Shown: positions 13,018-27,275, counted from the stretch's first letter. The stretch: 64,000 bases of DNA from Eledone cirrhosa (GCA_964016885.1 OZ024760.1:21824001-21888000), one strand, 5' to 3'. A program made the numbers and translations. Notes: generated by a model from the letters alone, not told the origin.

Positions 13018-13165
13018 GGCGTTAGGAAGGACATCCAGCCATAGAAATCATGCTGAAAATCAGTTCTGTGTGAGCCAAATATGGTCCTCCAACCTGAATG
13101 TCTCACAACGGGACACCACTTCATACCCAGGCTAGTGTGGAAAATGTACGTTAAATGATGATGAT
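12822..13165. mobile_element. Two SINE 3' modules in opposite orientation
   Basis: Shared core ggatgcccttcct / aggaagg(g/a)catccagc and RTE-like tails ending in (GAT)n. Confidence 0.7.
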
Positions 13166-13199
13166 GATGATAAATATATATGTATATATATATACACAT

Positions 13200-13470
13200 A
13201 AGAGGGATCAGATGTTGTTTACTCGAGAGAAGACTACGTTGGTATGGTCATGTGATGCGCATGAAAGACGACAGCTGTATAAAAAAGTTCAGGGCAATAA
13301 AAATCGACGGTAGGCAGACCCGGAAAAACCTGGGACGACTTGATAAATTCCGACCTCACACACTTACACCTCTCCAAGACAATGTCACTGGACCGAGATC
13401 TTTGGCGCTACACAGTAATACAGAAGATCCGCCTTACCTAAGTACAAAGTGAAACCTACTACAGTCAGTA
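13200..13470 (+). mobile_element. RTE-clade LINE 3' fragment
   Basis: IRGIRCCLLERRLRWYGHVMRMKDDSCIKK; same family as 19262-19800. Confidence 0.85.
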
Positions 13471-13539
13471 GGCACCTCTAACAAAAATACACCCCCGTCC
13501 CACTACCCCCACCCCATCCACACCGCCCCTTTCAATGTA

Positions 13540-14525
13540 AAGTTATGTTGGTAACATCCAGTCCGAAACAAATGAGGTCGTGTAGGTGTCACGACAAAAA
13601 AACACACAGTCCACGCTGTAATGTGGCCGTGTAGGTAACACGGTTAAAACCTCCCAGTCCACACTGTAAACGTGGTTGGTGTTAGAAGGGCATCCAGCCG
13701 TAGAAAACCTGCCAGATAGTCCTATGCGAGCAAGACAACCACTCTTGCCTCAAGTGGGAAAACTCCAATCCAAACCAATGCAAGCGTGGAATATGGACGT
13801 TAAATGATGATCATGATGATGATGATATATATATATATACATACGACAAAGGCGCCTAGTCTACACTGTAAAGAACATCCAGCACACACTATCAATGTGG
13901 TTGGCGTTAGGAAGGGCATCCAGCCTTAGAAAACCAGCTAGAAACTCTCCTTTATGTGCGAGACATGGTCTCCTGACCCAGCTTGCCTCTAAATGTGACA
14001 AACCCATCTAACCCATGCTAGTATGGAAGATAGATGTTAATCAATGATGATGATAATATATAGATATAAAAATACCCATATTATATATATATATATATAC
14101 ATACATATATATATATATACATATATGCATAAATATATATATAAAGTTATGTTGGTCCCACAACATCCAGGCCGAAACAAATGAGATCGTGTAGCTGTAA
14201 ATGTGGCCGTGTAGGCAACACGGTAAAAACCTCCCAGCCCCACACTGTAAATGTGGTTGGTGTTAGGAAGGGCATCCAGCTGTAGAAAACCCGCCAGACA
14301 GTCCACGCTGTAATGTGGCCGTGTAGGCAACGCGGTAAAAACCTCCCAGCCCCACACTGTAAATGTGGTTGGTGTTAGGAAGGGCATCCAGCTGTAGAAA
14401 ACCTGCCAGACAGTCCTATGCGAGCAAGACAACCACTCTTGCCTCAAGTGGGAAAACCCCCGTCCAAACCCGTGCAAGCGTGGAACACGGACGCTAAACC
14501 TGATGATGATGATGATGATGATGAT
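13540..14525 (+). mobile_element. SINE 3' modules (tail type 3) with internal duplications
   Basis: ggttggtgttaggaagggcatccagc core plus cctatgcgagcaagacaaccactcttgcctcaagtggg tail and (GAT)n, repeated. Confidence 0.75.
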
Positions 14526-14575
14526 ATATGTATATATATATATATATGTATGTATATATGTATATATATATGTAT

Positions 14576-15186
14576 GTCAGGTCACCAGTTGGTGCTACTG
14601 GTAACATGTATCCCAGTACAACCTGTCACATGGTCGGGTCGTTGGCGACTAAACTGGCAACCCCACCAAGGTTTCTTGGTGAGGAGGGTGACTTTGGACA
14701 TCCTGCAGGACTAAAAACAAAACCTGTCAAAGGGCAAAGGAGCTCTTAAGAGTCAATGGCCATCCAAAATCACCGGGAGAGATGACCCCTTAGCCTTTGT
14801 CAAGGCAGAATTCTAGGAGAAGGAAAACTCTGATATAACACCTGCAACCCTGATGGTATCCAATGATGTTGACTTGGTCTTCTTTTTGGTAAATATCATC
14901 TTGGTTAAGAGAGTGGGACTGGCTTTGTGCAATGCCTTTGCTCACTATAAAAGCTTCACGGCACAGGCATTGCTTTATATCTGGAGATCTCTCTGCACTT
15001 GTCGCCACATGGTACCATGGGCCCAGAACTATGTGTCAATAATTGTCACCAGTGTAGTGTTTGTACCAGAGTTTTCAAGTCGCTGGCTGGACTAAAAAGT
15101 CACACTCGTTCAGCGCATTGGCAGGGGTTCTCCTACATGGATATAAAGTAGTGGCCGTACTCGAAAACGAGTTGGCAGCCACCACA
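14576..15186 (+). mobile_element. ~600-bp non-coding dispersed element, copy 1 (possibly derived from an RTE 5' region)
   Basis: Near-identical copies at 15718-16297 and inverted at 24986-25603; contains ctaggagaaggaaaactctga; (TA)n flanks. Confidence 0.75.
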
Positions 15187-15294
15187 TATATATGTATGTA
15201 TATATGTATGTATATATGTATATATATATGTATGTATATATATATATGTATGTATATATATATATATATGTATGTATATATGTATATATATATG

Positions 15295-15329
<35 letters not shown>

Positions 15330-15464
15330 GTATGTATATATGTGTATATATATATATATACACATATATATATATATATATGTATGTATATATGTATATA
15401 TATATGTATGTATATATGTATATATATATGTATGCATATATGTATATATATATGTATGTATATA

Positions 15465-15537
<73 letters not shown>

Positions 15538-15558
15538 GTATGTATATATGTATATATG

Positions 15559-15590
<32 letters not shown>

Positions 15591-15638
15591 CATATATATA
15601 CATATATATATATATATGTATGTATATATGTATATATG

Positions 15639-15706
<68 letters not shown>

Positions 15707-15717
15707 CATATATATAT

Positions 15718-16297
15718 ATGTATCCCAGTACAACCTGTCTCATGGTCGGGTCGTTGGCGACTAAACTGGCAACCCCACCAAGGTTTCTTGGTGAGGAGGG
15801 TGACTTTGGACATCCTGCAGGACTAAAAACAAAACCTGTCAAAGGGCAAAGGAGCTCTTAAGAGTCAATGGCCATCCAAAATCACCGGGAGAGATGACCC
15901 TTTAGCCTTTGTCAAGGCAGAATTCTAGGAGAAGGAAAACTCTGATATAACACCTGCAACCCTGATGGTATCCAATGATGTTGACTTGTTCTTCTTTTTG
16001 GTAAATATCATCTTGGTTAAGAGAGTGGGACTGGCTTTGTGCAGTGCCTTTGCTCACTATAAAAGCTTCACGGCACAGGCATTGCTTTATATCTGGAGAT
16101 CTCTCTGCACTTGTCCTCACATGGTACCATGGGCCCAGCACTATGTGTCAATAATTGTCACAAGTGTAGTGCTTGTACCAGAGTTTTCAAGTCGCTGGCT
16201 GGACTAAAAAGTCACACTCGTTCAGCGCTTCGGTAGGGGTTCTCCTACATGGATATAAAGTAGTGGCCGTACTCGAAAACGAGTTGGCAGCCACCAT
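15718..16297 (+). mobile_element. ~600-bp dispersed element, copy 2
   Basis: Near-identical to 14576-15186, lacking the first ~35 bp. Confidence 0.8.
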
Positions 16298-16450
16298 GTA
16301 TATATGTATATATATATACATATATATATATGTATGTATATATGTATATATATATACATATATATATTTATATATGTATGTATATATGTATATATATATA
16401 TATATATACATATATATGTATATATATATATATATACATATATATACATA

Positions 16451-16494
<44 letters not shown>

Positions 16495-16851
16495 TATATA
16501 CATACATACATATATATATATACATACATACATACATATATACATACATATATATATAACTACACATGTTCCTGACAATTTTTGCATAAATTAATAAACA
16601 ATCAACATTAATTAAGCAATCATTTTAAAATTTCCTAATTATACTTAAAATCAATAGAAAATGATTAAGTTTTTATGAAATGGAACAATTTCAACATTTC
16701 CAATAATTCGCAAATCAAATTTCAACTAATGAAAATGATAAAAGTAATTACAATTTTTAAATTGAAATTCTATTAATGCTAATTTCTTATTCTTCTTCCT
16801 CCTCCTCCTCATATCTCTTCACCCCCCCCCCCCACCCACACTTATTTTTAA

Positions 16852-17089
16852 GAGGGTCATGAAGGCGGCCAGAGTCCTCAAACACTCCTCCCAGTGGGTC
16901 CCGTCGGAAGCAACCGTCTCCAACTGATCTGGCTGGATTCCCAAGCGAGACCAACCAGGCTCACGGATGTTGTCCAACCATCTTTCTCAGGGTCTACCCC
17001 TGGGTCCCCTGCGAGTTGGTTTTGCCCGTAATATAATCTGTCCAGCGGTTCTTTCCTGAGACATTCTAACGACACGTCCATAGCAGCTT

Positions 17090-17090
<1 letters not shown>
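16852..17090 (-). mobile_element. Rex3/Expander-like RTE LINE C-terminal fragment
   Basis: Minus frame [57 protein letters not shown], matching the Expander/Rex3 C-terminal pattern. Confidence 0.8.
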
Positions 17091-17123
<33 letters not shown>

Positions 17124-17124
17124 C

Positions 17125-17195
<71 letters not shown>

Positions 17196-17199
17196 TCTT

Positions 17200-17612
17200 G
17201 GAACTCATTCGGAATATCAAATTTCGGAATAGGAGCAATTCCTTCCAGCAAGACCTGAAGAATCGAATTCATTCTATTATTCGTTTTTCCCGTTCATTGC
17301 CAGAGAACGTCTCTATGCACCACCTAAGAGAACATTAGTCTACGACCTCTTTTATACCATAAACGTGGTTTTGTCTTTGCGCGTAATTGTTTTTCACCGC
17401 TCCTATTAATGACGTATTATTCGTTTTTTCCCGTTCCTTGCCAGCGAACGTTACCACGAACCAAAGTATCGTCTTCCTGTCTTCCTCCGGTTGCAACGTT
17501 TTTTGAAATATCCAGTTCTGCGTTTACAGATTGACTTTGTTAGTTTCAGAAGATCCCGTTAAGGGTGAAAGCAGCGATTCTTTGCTTAAACTTTAATCTG
17601 TTATTTTAATAA
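17200..17612 (+). mobile_element. Penelope-like/retrozyme remnant family P2
   Basis: 3' part shared with 59130-59270, 26385-26520 and 32236-32460; ends in a hammerhead-like motif next to (TA)n. Confidence 0.6.
17542..17592 (+). ncRNA. Type I hammerhead-like motif with variant core CAGAAGA
   Basis: agttt-CAGAAGA-tccc gttaa gggt-GAAA-gca gcgattctt tgct-T-aaact; all three stems pair. Confidence 0.6.
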
Positions 17613-17635
17613 ATATATATACATATATATATATG

Positions 17636-18054
17636 TATCATCATCATCATCAATGTTTAACGTCCGTGTTCCATGCTTGCATGGGTTTGGACGGGGGTTT
17701 TCCCACTTGAGGCAAGAGTGATTGTCTTGCTCGCATAGGACTGTCTGGCGGGTTTTCTACAGCTGGATGCCCTTCCTAACACCAACCACATTTACAGTGT
17801 GGGGCTGGGAGGTTTTTACCGTGTTGCCTACACGGCCACATTACAGCGTGGACTGCCTGGCGGGTTTTCTACAGCTGAATGCCCTTCCTAACACCAACCA
17901 CATTTACAGTGTTGGGCTGGGAGGTTTTTACCATGTTGCCTACACGGATATATATATATATATGCGAGCAAGACAATCACTCTTGCCTCAAGTGGGAAAA
18001 CTCCCGTCCAAACCCATGCAAGCGTGGAACACGGATGTTAAACGATGATGATGA

Positions 18055-18058
<4 letters not shown>
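17636..18058. mobile_element. SINE modules forming ~95-bp inverted repeats
   Basis: 17645-17738 is the reverse complement of 17961-18055. Confidence 0.85.
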
Positions 18059-18105
<47 letters not shown>

Positions 18106-18262
18106 AATATATATATATATATACAAATATATATATACAAATATTCGTCTTATTCGGGAAACCTCTGGTAATGAGGTAATTATATTGTATTGTTTATTTT
18201 ACATTACAAATATATTATAATCAAATATATATATATATATATATACAAATATATATATATAT

Positions 18263-19250
18263 ATCATCATCATCATTTCATTTTACGTCCGCTTTTTCCC
18301 TGCTTGCAAGGGTGGGACGGGAACCGATTCTGGCTTGATTTCTACAGCTGGATGCCCTTCCTAACACCAACCTCATTTACAGTGAGCGCTGGGTGCTTTT
18401 TTGCTGTGGCACCTCCACGACCACTTTGCAGTGGAATGATATGGACCCCAGTCCCTATCATCTCATTTCTACAGCTGAGTAAACTGGAGCAATGTAAAAT
18501 AAAGTGTCTTGCTCAAGGAAACAACACATCACCCGGTCTGAGAATTGAACTCACAACCTTTCGATTGCAAGGTCAATGCTCTAACCACTAAGCCATGTGC
18601 TTTTATATATATATATATCATCATCATCATCATCATCACCGTTTTACGTCCGTTCTTCCACGCTAGCATGGGTTAGACGGGTTGTCCTGTTGTGGGCAGT
18701 GTCTGGTCGGCTGACCATGCCTTGCTCATACAGGAACTGATCTGGCTTGATTTCTACAGCTGGATGCCCTTCCTAACACCAACCTCATTTACAGTGAGTG
18801 CTGGGTGCTTTTTTGCCGTGGCACCTCCACGACCACTTTACAGTGGAATGATAGGGACCCCAGTCCCTATCATCTTATTTCTACAGCTGAGTAAACTGGA
18901 GCAATGTAAAATAAAGTGTCTTGCTCAAGGAAACAACACATCACCCGGTCTGAGAATTGAACTCACAACCTTTCGATTGCAAGGTCAATGCTCTAACCAC
19001 TAAGCCATGTGCTTTTATATATATATATATCATCATCATCATCATCATCACCGTTTTACGTCCGTTCTTCCACGCTAGCATGGGTTAGACGGGTTGTCCT
19101 GTTGTGGGCAGTGTCTGGTCGGCTGACCATGCCTTGCTCATACAGGAACTGATCTGGCTTGATTTCTACAGCTGGATGCCCTTCCTAACACCAACCTCAT
19201 TTACAGTGAGTGCTGGGTGCTTTTTTGCCGTGGCACCTCCACGACCACCT
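18263..19250 (-). mobile_element. SINE family A tandem, 412-bp period
   Basis: tggcttgatttctacag at 18331, 18743, 19155. Confidence 0.9.
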
Positions 19251-19261
19251 TGCGGTGGGGG

Positions 19262-19797
19262 CATATTGTTTATATGCTTCAGCATGTACCCATGGGAGGT
19301 CGGGTACCCTGTATTACTGCGTGACGCCAGAAGTCACGGTCGTGTGTCATTGTCTTTGAGAGGTGTAGTTGGGTAAGGTCGGCTTTTATCACCTCATCCC
19401 AAGTCATCTTGGGTCTCCCCACTCCGCGGTTTCCATCAACTTCTAGTGCTCTGCACCTTTTTATGCAGCTGTCATCCTTCATACGCATCACATGTCCATA
19501 CCAGCGTAACCGCCTCTCCTGCACGCAGCATTTGATTCCTCTTATGCTCAGTCTCTCTCTCAATTCCTTTATGCTTTGTCGTTCACGTATATTACTGTTA
19601 CACATCCATCGGAGCATGCAGGCTTCGTTTCTCTCTAATCTACGTAAGTCTTCCACCTTCAGCGCCCAGGTCTCACTACCATGCAACATCGCTGTTCGGA
19701 TACACGCATCATACAGTGTGCCTTTCATTCTGAGGGAGAAGCCTTTTGCAGCTAGCAGTGGTAGTAGTTCCCTAAACTTCTTCCATCCCGTTCTTAC

Positions 19798-19800
<3 letters not shown>
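19262..19800 (-). mobile_element. RTE-clade LINE 3' fragment with open C-terminal coding region
   Basis: RVRTGWKKFRELLPLL...LYDACIRTAMLHGSETWAL...RRLRWYGHVMRM...RGVGRPKMTWDEVI; 5'-truncated at (TA)n. Confidence 0.9.
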
Positions 19801-19845
<45 letters not shown>

Positions 19846-19848
<3 letters not shown>

Positions 19849-20039
19849 GAAGGAGGTGTGGTAAGGAACCAGATGAACCATAACGCACCAGAGTACTCAA
19901 TACTTAGGGTAGTAGAGTGGGTAATGGGATAATGTTTAACCCCGACGGCAGAGCTCAAGCCGTTTCGACGGCTATTTCTGGACTGAAATAGCCGTCGAAA
20001 CGGCTTGAGCTCTGCCGTCGGGGTTAAACATTATCCCAT
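19846..20039 (-). mobile_element. Family P1 remnant with perfect 55-bp fold-back
   Basis: 19924-19978 is the exact reverse complement of 19985-20039; 6-nt loop. Confidence 0.85.
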
Positions 20040-20275
20040 ATATATATACATATATATACATATATACATGTATATATATGTATATATATATATATATGTA
20101 TATATATGTATAGATATAAACATATACATCCATATATATATATATATATATATATGCACACGCATCCATATATATGTACACATATATCTATATATATGTA
20201 TATATATGCATATATATATATATACATAGATATACATATATACATATATATATTTATCTATACATAGATAGATGT

Positions 20276-20318
<43 letters not shown>

Positions 20319-20498
20319 TGCATATATGTATATATATATATACATAGATATATATACATAGATAGATGTATATACATATATACATATATATATTTATCTA
20401 TACATAGATAGATGTATATACATATATACATATATTTATCTATACATAGATAGATGTATATACATATATACATATATATATTTATCTATACATAGATA

Positions 20499-20566
<68 letters not shown>

Positions 20567-20638
20567 TATATGTATTTATATATATATACATAGATATATA
20601 TAGATAGATAGATGTATACATGTATACATATACATATA

Positions 20639-20698
<60 letters not shown>

Positions 20699-21852
20699 CA
20701 CAGATACATATATACATATACACACACACACACATATATATACATATATATATATGTGAGTGTCACCCTTGGTATTAATTAACACATTATTTCAACAGCA
20801 GTAAGGTAGGATAAAATGACAGCGCAGTATTTGAGGATTATTTCAGTAATAATCTAATTATAGTAGATCGTTCGTTAGTGGCTAATCTTATAATTAATAT
20901 ATAGCTTAGGCTGAGAACATTGCCAGTTTCTCCACCCTAGAGGGTGACATACAGACAGATATATATATATATAGAGACATATACACACACATATATAGAC
21001 ACAGATACACACACATATATAGACAGATACACACACACATATATACTCAGATACACACACACACATATAGAGACATATACACACACACATATATATAGAC
21101 ACAGAGAGGTACACACACACATATAGACAGATACACACACACATATATATATAGACAGATACGCACACACATATATAGACAGATACACACACACATATAT
21201 ATAGACACAGATACACACACATATATAGACAGATACACACACATATAGACACAGAGGTACACACACATATATAGACAGATACACACACACACATATAGAC
21301 AGATACACACACATATAGACACAGAGAGGTACACACACATATATAGACAGATACACACACACACACATATAGACAGATACACTCACACACATATAGACAC
21401 AGAGAGGTACACACACACATATATATAGACAGATACACACACACACACACACATATATAGACAGATACACACATATATAGACAGATACACACACACACAT
21501 AGATAGATACACACACATATATAGACACAGAGAGATAGACACACAGACAGATAGACAGACAAACAGACACACACACACACACACAGACACACACAGACAG
21601 ACACACACAGACAGACAGACAGACAGACACACACATACACACAGAGACAGACACACACAGACGCACACACACACACACACACAGAGACAGACAGACAGAC
21701 ACACACAGACGCACACACACACACACACAGGCACACACCGAAACAGACAGACACACACAGGCAGAGACAGAGACACACACACAGACGCACACAGAGACAC
21801 ACACACAGACGCACACACGCACAGACAGAGACAGATAGACAGACACACACAG

Positions 21853-21894
<42 letters not shown>

Positions 21895-22339
21895 AAACAC
21901 ACAGACAGACAGACACAGAGACACACAGACACACACATACACAGACACACACACACACAGACGCACACACACAGGCACACACCGACGCAGACAGACAGAC
22001 ACAGGCAGAGACAGAGACACACACACAGACGCACACACAGAGACAGAGACAGATAGACAGACGCACACACACATACACACACAAACACACAGAGACAGAC
22101 AGACAGACAGACACAGAGACACACAGACACACACATACACAGACACACACACACACAGACGCACACACACACACACAGGCACACACCGACGCAGACAGAC
22201 AGACACAGGCAGAGACAGAGACACACACACAGACGCACACACACACACAGAGACAGAGACAGAGAGACAGACGCGCACACACATACACACACACACACAC
22301 ACAAACACACAGAGACAGACAGACAGACACACCCAGACG

Positions 22340-22370
<31 letters not shown>

Positions 22371-22401
22371 ACAGAGACAGACAGACAGACACACACAGAC
22401 G

Positions 22402-22432
<31 letters not shown>

Positions 22433-22460
22433 ACAGAGACAGACAGACAGACACACACAG

Positions 22461-22498
<38 letters not shown>

Positions 22499-22526
22499 AC
22501 AGAGACAGACAGACAGACACACACAG

Positions 22527-22568
<42 letters not shown>

Positions 22569-22597
22569 AGAGACAGACAGACAGACACACACAGACG

Positions 22598-22628
<31 letters not shown>

Positions 22629-22704
22629 ACACAGACACACAGAGACAGACACAGACGCACACACACACACACACACACAGACACACAGAGACAGACAGAC
22701 ACAC

Positions 22705-22743
<39 letters not shown>

Positions 22744-22812
22744 CAGACGCACACACACACACACACACACACACAGACAGACAGAGACAGACAGACAGAC
22801 AGACAGACAGAC
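20040..22812. repeat. Compound TA / CA / GACA microsatellite tract
   Basis: Direct reading; short unique island at 20760-20950. Confidence 0.95.
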
Positions 22813-22899
22813 CCATAGAGATGGCTGGTATACAGCTTTGAGAAAAAAACATCTCATGACACCCTGGAGGAGAAAAAATATTCTAGATGTATACCCCAC

Positions 22900-24335
22900 A
22901 CACATACCACACCACACCACACCAGACCACACACACACCACACCACACCACACCAGACCACACACACACCACACCACACCACACCAGACCACACACACAT
23001 ACAATATATCACACCACATACACACACACATACCACACCACACCACACCAGACCACACACACACACACAATATATCACACCACATACACACACACATACC
23101 ACACCACACCACACCAGACCACACACACACACAATATATCACACCACATACACACACACATACCACACCACACCACACCAGACCACACACACACATACAA
23201 TATATCACACCACATACACACACACATACCACACCACACCACACCAGACCACACACACACACAATATATCACACCACATACACACACACATACCACACCA
23301 CACACACACCAGACCACACACACACACAATATATCACACCACATACACACATACCATACCACACCACACCACACCAGACCACACACACACACAATATATC
23401 ACACCACATACACACACACATACCACACCACACCACACCAGACCACACACACACACAATATATCACACCACATACACACACACATACCACACCACACCAC
23501 ACCAGACCACACACACACACAATATATCACACCACATACACACACACATACCACACCACACCCACACATACAATATATCACACCACATACACACACACAT
23601 ACCACACCACACACACACACAATATATCACACCACATACACACACACATACCACACCACACCACACCAGACCACACACACACATACAATATATCACACCA
23701 CATACACACACACATACCACACCACACCACACCAGACCACACACACACACAATATATCACACCACATACACACACACATACCACACCACACCACACCAGA
23801 CCACACACACACACAATATATCACACCACATACACACACACATACCACACCACACCACACCAGACCACACACACACACAATATATCACACCACATACACA
23901 CACACATACCACACCACACCACACCAGACCACACACACACATACAATATATCACACCACATACACACACACATACCACACCACACCACACCAGACCACAC
24001 ACACACACAATATATCACACCACATACACACACACATACCACACCACACCACACCAGACCACACACACACACAATATATCACACCACATACACACACACA
24101 TACCACACCACACCACACCAGACCACACACACACACAATATATCACACCACATACACACACACATACCACACCACACCACACCAGACCACACACACACAC
24201 AATATATCACACCACATACACACACACATACCACACCACACACACACACACAATATATCACACCACATACACACACACATACCACACCACACACACACAT
24301 ACAATATATCACACCACATACACACACACACCACA
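22900..24335. repeat. ~64-bp tandem minisatellite (~22 copies)
   Basis: acaatatatcacaccacata...ccagaccac unit recurring about every 64 bp. Confidence 0.95.
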
Positions 24336-24390
24336 GCACATGTCACACACACACAACACACCACACCACAACACAACATGTGACAAATGT

Positions 24391-24434
<44 letters not shown>

Positions 24435-24459
24435 TATATATATATGTATACATACACAG

Positions 24460-24490
<31 letters not shown>

Positions 24491-24542
24491 TATGCATATA
24501 TATATATATACACACACATATGCATATATATATATATATATA

Positions 24543-24589
<47 letters not shown>

Positions 24590-24985
24590 CCAATGCTAGC
24601 ATGGAACATAGCCGTTAATTGACGATGATGATGATGATGATGATGATATGTGCATACAAGGCAACTTAACTGTTAAGTTAAGCTCCCACCCTGTCACCCG
24701 CCCCTCCGACATCCCACGAACCTGAACACTTCCCTCCCCCTACATTTCACCCCCTGCCACTCACAACCAACCCCTTCTCAAATCAACAGTATTTTCTAAC
24801 CTCACAATCACCCCACATTTAAACCCCGACCCTTTCTTTACCAACCCTAAACACTAATCCTTACTTAGCTAAATACAAAATCTAAAGAGGGCTATGTATT
24901 TATATTTCATCTATGTGTGTGTATGTGAGTACATATATATATATGTGTGTGTGTGTGTATATATGTATATATATATATATATATA

Positions 24986-25603
24986 CATGGTGGCCGCCAA
25001 CTCGTTTTCGAGTACGGCCACTACTTTATATCCATATAGGAGAACCCCTACCGATGCGCTGAACAAGTGTGACTTTTTAGTCCAGCCAGCAACTGGTACA
25101 AACTCTGGTACAAACACTACACCTGTGACAATTACTGACACATAGTGCTGGGTCCATGGTACCATGTGACGACAAGTGCAGAGAGATCTCCAGATATAAA
25201 GTAATGCCTGTGCCGTGAAGCTTTTATAGTGAGCAAAGGCACTGCACAAAGCCAGTCCCACTCTCTTAACCAAGATGATATTTACCAAAAAGAAGAACAA
25301 GTCAACATCATTGGATACCATCATGGTTGCAGGTGTTATATCAGAGTTTTCCTTCTCCTAGAATTCTGCCTTGATAAAGGCTAAGCTGGTCATCTCTCCC
25401 GGTGATTTTGGATGGCCATTGACTCTTAAGAGCTTCTTTGCCCTTTGACAGGTTTTGTTTTTAGTCCTGCAGGATGTTCAAAGTCACCCTCCTCACAAAG
25501 AAACCTTGGTGGGGTTGCCAGTTTAGTCGCCAACGACCCGACCATGGGACAGGTTGTACTGGGATACATGTTGCCAGTAGCTCCAACTGGTGACCTGACA
25601 CAC
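24986..25603 (-). mobile_element. ~600-bp dispersed element, copy 3 (inverted)
   Basis: Reverse complement of 14576-15186. Confidence 0.8.
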
Positions 25604-25622
25604 CATATATATATATATACAC

Positions 25623-25663
<41 letters not shown>

Positions 25664-26114
25664 TACATACATATATATATATATAAATATATACATACAT
25701 ACATGATGATGATGAATGATACACACATATATACACATATACTCACATATACAGAGAGAGAGAGAGTGATTTGTTGTTTCTCTTTTCGGAAGAATATTTG
25801 TGAAAATCTTTTCATGTATTTTTAGAGATTTTGGCACCTGGGTGTGCTAATCTGAGTATTTTGGTTCTACATAGCAAAGCACCCTGGTTTTGTGAACCTT
25901 CTGTCTAAATCAGTGGCAACAGTAAGCAGGGGTGAGACATGGTGGAACAAGAAGTTAGGAGAGTGTAGTTTTAAAATAGTAAACAGTAGTGGTGTATGTT
26001 CAACCTTGTAATTACTGGTAGTTCTGGTTTACTATTGCTGTTGTTGTTGTAGTTGTAGTTGCTTTTATACACACACAAATATATATATGTGTGTGTGTGT
26101 GTGTCTTTCTCTCT

Positions 26115-26148
<34 letters not shown>

Positions 26149-26527
26149 AGAGAGAAAGAGTTAGAGAAAAATTTGCTCCGAAAGCATTGCATGTGTCCGA
26201 AGAACTCACAGTTATAGAATCAGGCAGATCCATAGAAGTGGTCATAGAGCTATCTGCTGATCATAGAGTTATCTGCAGATCCATAGAACTATCTGCTGGC
26301 GAAACAATTGTAACATGCAATAAACTGAGTCTAGATGCATCACTGATTTTTTAATTTTTTTTATATTATATATATATATATATATATTTATCAAAATAAC
26401 AGATTAAAGTTTAAGCAAAGAATCGCTGCTTACACCCTTAACGGGATCTTCTTAAATTCTATATTTATCCTTATCGAGCCCTCTTTCGATTTTAGTCTTC
26501 ACATTTATTATTATTACTATATATATA

Positions 26528-26779
26528 TGGTGATGTGTTGTTTCCTTGAGCAAGACACTTTATTTCACATTGCTCCAGTTTACTCAGCTGTAGAAATGAG
26601 ATGATAGGGACTGGGTTCCCTATCATTCCACTGCAAAGTGGTCGTGTAGGCGCCACGGAAAAAAAGCACCCAGCACTCACTGTAAATGAGGTTGGTGTTA
26701 GGAAGGGCATCCAGCTGTAGAAATCAAGCCAGAATCAGTTCCTGTCCCACCCTTGCAAGCAGGGAAAAGTGGACATAAA

Positions 26780-26814
<35 letters not shown>

Positions 26815-26815
26815 A
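26528..26815 (+). mobile_element. SINE family A, 5'-truncated
   Basis: Core and tail match family A. Confidence 0.9.
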
Positions 26816-26956
26816 TATATATATTTATATAATAAGCAAGCAGGGAAAGCGAACGTAAAATGATGATGATGATGATAAAGGTCTTGTTTCTGTGTTTCTG
26901 AATTAATTTGTCATAAGACTAACCCCAGAAAAGTACAAAACTTTGGAGCATCATGA

Positions 26957-27275
26957 GGGCTGGATTTAGACATTGGATGGCTTAGGGTACTTCATGTTTG
27001 GGCAGGTTGTATGTGCGGTTCATAAATAAAATGATTAGAATACATAACAACCCCTCCCCACCCCAATTTTACATATCAAAGTCAGTTTGGCACAAGTAAT
27101 TGGAATTAGAAAGTTCCATATATACGGGTATTAAATTAAAAGAATCTAACCACCAGAAAACTAAGTCTAGCAGAGGGCAGAAATAAATTGCTACGGTTGT
27201 TGCTAGTTGGTTGGGCTCCCTTTCTGCAGTGGGCCCAGAGCTATTACCCCATTTGCCCTCCATTTCATCAGGCCC
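26957..27275. mobile_element. Possible Harbinger-type MITE, degenerate
   Basis: gggctggattta ... catcaggccc imperfect terminal inverted repeats. Confidence 0.35.

Noticed and set aside
20875-24589. Long ORFs of 490-795 aa
   Set aside because: Translations of CA/GT microsatellites; open in several overlapping frames with no protein-like composition
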